DNA of 64,000 nucleotides from an uncultured Chloroflexia bacterium (GTDB taxonomy: Bacteria; Chloroflexota; Limnocylindria; QHBO01). Numbering within the stretch: position 1 is the stretch's first letter; each line of letters starts with the position of its first letter. Shown here in pieces: positions 57,888-64,000 of this stretch. The notes beneath the pieces were generated by a model. That model saw only the letters and a program-made list of their open reading frames with translations, was not told the origin of the DNA and did not search any database. The stretch is taken from assembly GCA_963797855.1 (NCBI GenBank), contig CAWCQX010000009.1:52162-116161 (forward strand). Direction: 5' to 3'. The position numbers and the translations under genes were made by a program.

Positions 57888-58686
57888 TCAGTGATCCTCG
57901 CCCGATCCCTCGGGATTCTCGTGGTCACCGCCGTTGCCCATGATCGAACCGATGCCGGGATGCACCCCCAGCTCCTTCGCGATCTGGCCCCAGCCCATCC
58001 CGCTTCCTTCCGAGCCGTCACCGTCGCGCATGACGCGAAGATCGGCCATCCGGTCAGGATCCGCCTGAGACCAGGCGACGATGCGGACCGCGCCACCGAC
58101 TCCGTACTTCGTGGCGAGCTCGGTCAGCACCTCGTCCGAGACCTCGAAGCCGTTCGCGGCGAGCCGCTCGCCGGCATGGGCGATCTCATCCGCGGTCGGA
58201 GGGCTGTCGCCTTCGTCCTCTGTCGGGCTCCGCAGACTCTTCGGGCTCCGCAGACTGTTCGGGCTCCGCAGACTCTTCGGGCTCCGCAGACTGTTCGGGC
58301 TCCGCCGACTGGCTCGCCTCACCCGGTGTCTCAAGCGCGCGTGTCACGACGACTGCCGCGCTCGCGACCAGGATGAGGGCGAGGAGGATCGCCAACCCGA
58401 AGCTGTTCGTTCGCGTCATCAGGGCCGAAGCGTACCCGATGCACCTTGCCGTGAGCCTTGCCGCACGGGCTTTCGCGGTGCCCAATGGCACCGTCCCAGG
58501 CTGCCGAGGATCAGCCCGCGGCGGCCTGCGTGCGGAGCGTGACCGGGCGACCGGGCGGGAGATCCAGGCGGCGGACGTGTCGTGCCGGCGTCGCGCCTCG
58601 GCCACCGCCTCGGCAAGGGTTGCCGAGGGAGCGGCCATGACCGCGAGCTGCACGGAGCGGACCTGGCCGTGTGTCGTTCCGTTCAT
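57888..58686 (-). CDS. membrane-anchored protein with acidic hexapeptide repeats (SAEPE[QE] x5), frameshifted inside or next to the repeat tract
   Basis: ATG preceded by CCAGGAGG SD. Cytoplasmic N-terminal about 90 aa, TM helix (FGLAILLALILVASAAVVV), SAEPEQ/SAEPEE repeats. C-terminal domain (...GWGQIAKELGVHPGIGSIMGNGG...) in a second frame. Confidence 0.45.
58222..58311. repeat. tandem repeat, 18-nt unit x5 (TTCGGGCTCCGCAGACTC/G)
   Basis: Five near-perfect head-to-tail copies with the last base alternating C/G. Encodes SAEPE[QE] on the minus strand. Confidence 0.9.
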
Positions 58687-58974
58687 CTCGTGGGACCTCC
58701 TGGACCGTGTCATTCGGCGGCGCAATCAAGGCGCCGTCGTGGTGCCACGGTACGGGCGAGGGCCGGTGGCGCCCATCGGGCGCCCGACGGTATCGGTCCT
58801 GGGAGAAGCGTCCGGGGTGCCTCGGGCGGGATGACGTACGAGCGGTAGACTCTCCGACGGTCGGCCCGTTGCGGGGCAGACCAACCGGCCGTCGGCGTTC
58901 TCACCGCCGGCGGCCACCTGCGTGCTAGGCTTCGTCGCCACCCGGAACCAATCGAGGAGCTCCGTCGCCTCTCC

Positions 58975-59668
58975 ATGACGACCGACGAGACCGTCGACTG
59001 CTACAACTGCGGCCGATCGAATCCCGAGTGGGCGCAGGTGTGCCGATCCTGTGGCGTTCCCCTCCGACATGGCCAGGCGCGCGTCGTGCCGACCGGTCGC
59101 ATTCCCACCGACATGAACTCCCTGATCTCGATCGCCGCGGTGATCGGGGTCATTCTTGGCGCCGTCGTGCTGGGCATCTTCCTCTCGAGCCTCAACCCGA
59201 CCGATCCGCTCGTGGGCGAGGGCGCGCCGACGCCGACGGCGACCCCGTCGCCGTCAGCCGAACCCACCGCCGCGCCACCGAGCGAGACGCCCGAGCCGAC
59301 GCCGTCCCCCACTCCGGCCCTTCCGGGCACGATCGCGTTCGGTGACTCGCTCGACGCGAACCGAATGGTCGCCAATCCGGTCGAGACGTTCACGCCGTCG
59401 ATCGCCTTTGCGTACTCCGTCTCACTGCCGGGCGGATTCGGCACCGACACGATCGAGAACGAGATCGCGAAGATCGACGACGGGGCCGAGACGATCGTCC
59501 TTCCCCGCGAGGGCGTCGCCGTCGATCCGGCCGCGACGGCGTTCGGCTACGTCGTCGGCACCGCCGGGGACTTCCTCGGAGCCTGGGGCCCGGGCGAGTT
59601 CGAGTGGCGCGTCTACGTCGACGGAACCGTCGCCGCGCGCGGCCGGCTTCCGCTACTCCGAGGGCTAG
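58975..59668 (+). CDS. zinc-ribbon membrane protein with Pro/Thr/Ala-rich linker and extracellular domain (C-terminal frameshift)
   Basis: CYNCGRSNPEWAQVCRSCG ribbon, TM (LISIAAVIGVILGAVVLGIF), PTPTATPSPSAEPTAAPPSETPEPTPSPTP linker. The in-frame ORF would overlap the convergent hydrolase gene. A stop at 59668 is reached in the +1 frame. Confidence 0.5.
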
Positions 59669-60508
59669 CTAGCCGTCGGTCCCGGCGACATCGGCCCAGG
59701 CATCGGCATAGAGGCGAGCGCGGACGGGCAGGTAGCCGGGGTACTTGCGCCGGGCATCGGTCACGGTGGTGGCATCGAGGGTGACGAGCGCCATCCGATC
59801 CGTCGTCTCGACGAGGGCGAAGCCACTCGGATCGATGGCGACACTCGGGCCGCCGATCAGCACCCCATCCTCGGGGTCCGGCCGGTTGACGCTCAGGACG
59901 TAGACGCATCCGGTCAGCGCGTTCGAGCGGAAGACGGTCTTCCAGCGCTGGTACGTCTTCTCCTCGCTGGCCCTCGGGACGAGGACGGCCATCGCACCCT
60001 GGGCGCCGAGGAGGTGGGTCCCCTCCGGCCGGTTGTTGTCGGAGCAGATCTGGACGCCGATCGGGACGCCGAACGCGTCGATCCGGCGAGGGGCCTCGGT
60101 GCCCGGCTCGTAGTGGCTCGTCTCCCAGAACCCGGGCTCCTCGGGCAGGTGGAGCTTCTCGTACGTCGCGCGGACCTCGCCGGCCCCATCGATGACCAGG
60201 GCGCGGCTCGTCCGGCGACCGTCCTCGGCCCGGTGGATGATGCCGCCGACCAAGCCGATGCCGGCTTCCTTCGCGGCCTCCCGCTGGGCCATCGCCCGGG
60301 GCCCGTCCATCGGCTCGGCGTCCTCGTCGTGCGCGTCCTTCGTCGCCGGGCGCCACGGGTGGAGCGGGATCTCGGGCAGGACCGCCAGGTCCGCTCCGCG
60401 GTCGGCGGCTTCGGCCAGCCGCTCGCGGAGGCGCTGGGTGCCATCGGCCTGCCAGAAGACCTCGCTGATCAGGGCGACCGTCAGCTTGCCGTCGGCTCGA
60501 GGCGTCAT
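59669..60508 (-). CDS. carbon-nitrogen hydrolase (nitrilase/amidase superfamily)
   Basis: Intact 279 aa. Catalytic triad context (LPEIPL...; KLHLPE; VQICSDNNRPE with Cys). Confidence 0.8.
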   Translation of the reverse strand: MTPRADGKLTVALISEVFWQADGTQRLRERLAEAADRGADLAVLPEIPLHPWRPATKDAHDEDAEPMDGPRAMAQREAAKEAGIGLVGGIIHRAEDGRRTSRALVIDGAGEVRATYEKLHLPEEPGFWETSHYEPGTEAPRRIDAFGVPIGVQICSDNNRPEGTHLLGAQGAMAVLVPRASEEKTYQRWKTVFRSNALTGCVYVLSVNRPDPEDGVLIGGPSVAIDPSGFALVETTDRMALVTLDATTVTDARRKYPGYLPVRARLYADAWADVAGTDG

Positions 60509-60512
60509 CGGC

Positions 60513-60785
60513 TCAGCGTACGCCGTTGACGATGAGGCCGATGAAGTACGAGGCGTTGCGCGTCACGTCCGCGTAGTCCCCGGGCATGAGGCTCCCGGTC
60601 TCGTTGTAGCGCCGGAGGAAATTCTCGGCGGCCTTGCGCCCGTCGCTGTGGCCATACCCGCTCGACGCGGGCGTGAAGAACGGGCAGTCGCGGTAGATGC
60701 CGACCGTGAACGGCTTGCCGGTCACGGTCTCGAGGGTCTTCCCTTGATTGCGGCGCGCAAGGTCGAGGAGCTCCTCGTACGTCAT
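60513..60785 (-). CDS. hypothetical protein (90 aa)
   Basis: Intact ORF 4 nt downstream of the hydrolase gene. No recognisable domain. Confidence 0.45.
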   Translation of the reverse strand: MTYEELLDLARRNQGKTLETVTGKPFTVGIYRDCPFFTPASSGYGHSDGRKAAENFLRRYNETGSLMPGDYADVTRNASYFIGLIVNGVR

Positions 60786-60982
60786 GTCCGGAGAGTAACT
60801 GGCCGATAACCCCTAGGTAATCGGCGCACCGGATCATCGGTTCCGTGTTCACAAACGCTCCTCGCGATTCGAGCGGTTCAGCGTTCGCGGTCGCTTGGCG
60901 GTGGCCTGGCTGCGCCGGCCGGCGAATCCAGTGCCATCGGGACTCCTGTGGTTCGCCAAGCCGTCAGATTCACATCATGTGG

Positions 60983-62242
60983 TCATAAATCGCGGTCGGC
61001 GCGCATCCAACGGCCCCGATGCTCACCGGGCGTGAATCGGGCGGCTTCGAGGACGAAAACCAGCCTTTTCGGAGTGCCGGGGACGACTATGCCCACGTCA
61101 GTGAATTCAGCCCGTTCGCGGCCCCAACCGCGATAACGACGGATATCGCCGAGGAACTCGCGGACGAGGTTCTGGAAGTGGTAGACGCCGTTCTCGCGCT
61201 TGGCGGAGAAACGGCCGGCCTCGTACGAGCGAGAGCGGAGGCCACGCTGGACCTGCTCGCAGATGACGATGTCCTCCTGCTGGATCTCGTCGGAGAAGGC
61301 GATCGTCTGCTGCATCGACTCCCAGCCGGGGCCGGAGCCGGGCTCCGCGAAGAACCACTCGAAGATCGTCAGCGTGCGGTCCGCGCCGAGCGGCAGGATG
61401 ACGTTCGAGGACATGTTGTCCTGGTAGATGTTGAACATCGTGTTCGGGAAGAGCCAGTAGTAGAGGGCCGAATCCTCCGCGCCGGGCTGGCGGAGGTAGC
61501 GCCGATCGACCCCGAGCTCCTCGCCCGGCTTCAGCTCCCGAATCGGTGCGTGCTGCTTCGAGTAGTAGCGGAACTCCTCGACGCGGTAGGAGTCGTAGTC
61601 GAGCTCCTTGAACAGCTGCGGATGCGCGATCGGCAGGTGATAGCCCTCGAGGTAGTTGTCGACGTAGACCTTCCAGTTGCACTCGATGACGTAGTCGCGC
61701 CGCTCGACGAGCCGCATGCGCTCGACGTCGTAGCCGGCCGAAGCCACCTCGGAAGGGATCGCGCCGAGCACCTCGGAGAGGGGCGGCGCGGAGTCGGAGA
61801 GGTTGACGAAGACGAACGGGCCCCACGTGTCGACGCGCACGGGCATCAGCCCGAAGTCGTCCTTCGAGAATCCCTCGGTGTCCTCCATCTCGGGCGCGGC
61901 TCGCAGGCAGCCGTCGAGCCCGTAGGTCCAGCCGTGGTAGCGGCACTGGAGCGACTTGCGGTTGCCCTTCGTGAGCGCGACCTGGCCGGCCCGGTGGCGG
62001 CACACGTTGTAGAAGGCGCGCAGCTCGCGTTCGAGCCCGCGGGTGATCACGACCGGCTCATCGAGCACCGTCACCGGCACGAAGTCACCGATGCGCTGGA
62101 GGTCATCGGTCCGTGCCACCAGCTGCCAGGTGCTGCCGAAGATCCGATCCTTCTCGAGCTCGAGCACATCGGGGTCGAGGTAGTAGCGCTTCGGAATCGT
62201 CGAGGCGCGGCTGAGCGGCGTCGTCGGCACGGTCGAGGTCAT
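60983..62242 (-). CDS. Rieske [2Fe-2S] non-haem iron oxygenase alpha subunit (CntA/choline-monooxygenase-like)
   Basis: Rieske motif CRHRAG...CRYHGWTY. Catalytic domain with ...NWKVYVDNYLEGYHLPIAHP... (His ligands). Last about 40 aa may be read-through past a frameshift. Confidence 0.78.
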   Translation of the reverse strand: MTSTVPTTPLSRASTIPKRYYLDPDVLELEKDRIFGSTWQLVARTDDLQRIGDFVPVTVLDEPVVITRGLERELRAFYNVCRHRAGQVALTKGNRKSLQCRYHGWTYGLDGCLRAAPEMEDTEGFSKDDFGLMPVRVDTWGPFVFVNLSDSAPPLSEVLGAIPSEVASAGYDVERMRLVERRDYVIECNWKVYVDNYLEGYHLPIAHPQLFKELDYDSYRVEEFRYYSKQHAPIRELKPGEELGVDRRYLRQPGAEDSALYYWLFPNTMFNIYQDNMSSNVILPLGADRTLTIFEWFFAEPGSGPGWESMQQTIAFSDEIQQEDIVICEQVQRGLRSRSYEAGRFSAKRENGVYHFQNLVREFLGDIRRYRGWGRERAEFTDVGIVVPGTPKRLVFVLEAARFTPGEHRGRWMRADRDL

Positions 62243-62368
62243 GCGCGGAGTGTACCGATGGGTCCCAACTTCCTTGCCGTGCAGTGCGGCGAAGTGCTAC
62301 AACGTGCCGACCGAGAGCACAATTTGCCGTCGCGGAGTGGCGGCGCTACTGCATTGAGGAGACGCTTC

Positions 62369-63316
62369 GTGAACAAGTACCGACGCTTCGCGATCCTTCC
62401 GGTCGCGATGCTCGTCCTGGCCGCGTGCCAGTCCGGCTCGGGAGAGAGCCCCTCCGAGAGCCAGGCCGCCTCCCAGGGTGCCACCGAATCGTCGGCGCCG
62501 AGCGAGAGCGCCGCGGCTGAAGGACCGGTGTGCGAGTCCTACTCAGGCGATGACCAGCTGGGTCGAATCTGCGATGCGGGCAAGATCATCGTCTCGACAG
62601 ACCCGGCGTATCCGCCTCAGTCGTCCCTCAACGCCGAGACCGGAGAGTACGAGGGCTTCGATATCGACGTCGCCAACGAGATCGGTGCGCGACTCGGCGT
62701 AACCGTCGAGTTCACCGACCCACCCTTCGACGCAGTCCAGGGCGGCAACTGGGGGGGCCGCTGGGACATGAGCGTCGGCTCGGTGACGATCACCGAAACC
62801 CGCCAGGAGCACCTTGACTTCACGCAGCCGTACTACTTCACGCCTGCCCAGATGGCGACGACCGACGGCACCGGGATCGAGTCGCTCGACGACTTCTCCG
62901 GGACTACGGTCTGCGCCGGTGAGGGAACGACCTACTTTGACTGGATGGAAGGCACCCTCACCCTGACCGAGGACGCCGGTGAGGTCACCCCGCCGCCGGC
63001 GGACATGACGGCTACGACTCTTCCGACCGACATCAACTGCGCCGAGGCGTGGCAGGCCGGTCGGTCCGAGTTCGAAGGCTGGCTGAGCTCGAGCACGACC
63101 GTCCAGGGCGCGATCGACGCGGACTATCCCGGTCGTCGCGGTTGGCGACCCGGTCTTCTTCGAGCCCCTGGCGGTTTGCTTCGACATCCTCGTCGAGGAC
63201 AACGACTCGCTCGTGGAGGCCGTCGACCAGATCATCACGGACATGCACGACGACGGGACGCTGGCAGGCTTCTCCGAGGAGTGGTTCGGTGGGCTCGACC
63301 TGACCACCCAGGAGTA
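62369..63316 (+). CDS. ABC transporter substrate-binding lipoprotein (family 3, polar amino acid/quaternary amine type; one frameshift about 63130)
   Basis: GTG after GAGGAG SD. Lipobox LVLAAC. SBP_bac_3-like body. C-terminal ...VVAVGDPVFFEPLAVCF...GFSEEWFGGLDLTTQE in second frame. Confidence 0.7.
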
Positions 63317-63402
63317 GCCGCATTCGCCGGACACAGATCGACGGGGATGGCCGCGCTGGCCTCCCCGTCGATGCATCTCTGGCAAGCTGAGGACGGTCTC
63401 GG

Positions 63403-64000
63403 ATGAGCTTCGGAAGCGGCGGCGGCGCCCACGCGCACAGCGCGGCGCTAGTCGAGCCGCCGCTGCCAGATGCGCCCATCGTCGAGGAGATCGCCTCAGC
63501 CCGTCGGGCCGATCGATGGCGACGCCGGCTGATCTTCGCGGCCGTCTGGATCGTCCTGGTCGGTGGGCTGGGGGTGTTTCTCTGGAACGCCGGCCGCGTG
63601 GACGCGGAGTTCATCGTCCGGAGTGGGCCGTACATCCTCGGTGGGATCTGGATCACGATCGTCGTATCGGTCCTGTCGATCATGCTCGCGACCGTCCTGG
63701 CGATCGTCGGCGCGCTCGGGCGCCTCAGCACGAACCCGGTGATCTACGCGGTCGCCACGCTGTACGTCTCGCTCGTGCGAGGGACGCCGCTGCTGGTCCA
63801 GATCTTCTTCGTCTACTACGCCCTGCCCCAGGCCGGCATCGTCCTGCCCCCGATCCCGACGGGGATCCTCGCGCTCGGCTTCAACTACGGCGCGTACATG
63901 ACCGAGATCTTCCGTGCCGGGATCCAGGCCGTTCCGCGTGGCCAGAGCGAGGCGGCGCAGGCGCTCGGCATGCGCGAGCCGCACACGTTCCGCCGCATCG
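63403..64000 (+). CDS. amino-acid ABC transporter permease (partial, continues beyond window)
   Basis: TM helices and the EAA-like region (...GTPLLVQIFFVYYALPQ...). Truncated by the window end. Confidence 0.75.
   Translation, partial: MSFGSGGGAHAHSAALVEPPLPDAPIVEEIASARRADRWRRRLIFAAVWIVLVGGLGVFLWNAGRVDAEFIVRSGPYILGGIWITIVVSVLSIMLATVLAIVGALGRLSTNPVIYAVATLYVSLVRGTPLLVQIFFVYYALPQAGIVLPPIPTGILALGFNYGAYMTEIFRAGIQAVPRGQSEAAQALGMREPHTFRRI

Noticed and set aside
54749-58900. CRISPR array or integron as explanation for the dispersed repeats
   Set aside because: Repeat spacing is irregular (98-948 nt). Repeats are imperfect and overlap coding starts. No cas or intI genes and no attC-like inverted repeats.
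58930-58950. Possible attR-like direct repeat of the tRNA-Leu(CAA) 3' end (cgccacccggaacca) at the right edge of the islet
   Set aside because: Only about 11/16 matches to the tRNA 3' end with a gap. Too weak to call an att site without a proper alignment search.

Overview
High-GC (about 70%) chromosomal window, probably from an Actinomycetota genome. Support for that: the whiA-yvcK-rapZ-uvrC block, an LCP protein, a mycobacterial-type adenylate cyclase with ATPase and TPR regions, a type-2 pyrF, tatA-tatC and separate secD/secF. Most of the window is housekeeping: ilvE, rpsF-ssb-rpsR, nine tRNAs in three clusters, htpX-lemA, secG-gpmI-tpiA-whiA-yvcK-rapZ, tatAC, pyrF, recJ, secDF, uvrC, uvrA, uvrB, mutM-coaE and polA. 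Accessory material is interleaved with it. This includes a LacI-regulated GH1 beta-glucosidase and an ABC-2 exporter operon preceded by a small Cys-containing ORF. A Tad-pilus-like trio (tadE-like, a large tadG-like gene, cpaB) lies between uvrB and coaE. A roughly 1180-aa zinc-ribbon/adenylate-cyclase/AAA/TPR signalling protein lies between mutM and polA. An ECF sigma factor with its anti-sigma factor comes next. The most unusual segment is a roughly 4-kb islet at 54.75-58.9 kb, directly 3' of a tRNA-Leu(CAA). It has lower GC and atypical codon usage and carries several small secreted-protein genes with strong SD sites. It also carries six dispersed copies of a 25-58-nt element (core GATCGGTGCGTCGGGATAGCGGCGGC), a tandem 18-nt x5 repeat inside a membrane-protein gene, and no integrase. 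About two thirds of the conserved genes need one or more frame changes to reconstruct the expected protein, including essential ones (secD, secF, polA, uvrA, gpmI, tpiA, secG, tatC). Long genes such as uvrB, the LacI regulator, the permeases and the sigma factor are intact. This pattern fits uncorrected indel errors in the assembly better than true pseudogenes. Gene boundaries for frameshifted genes are therefore approximate. No CRISPR array, integrase or transposase was recognised.
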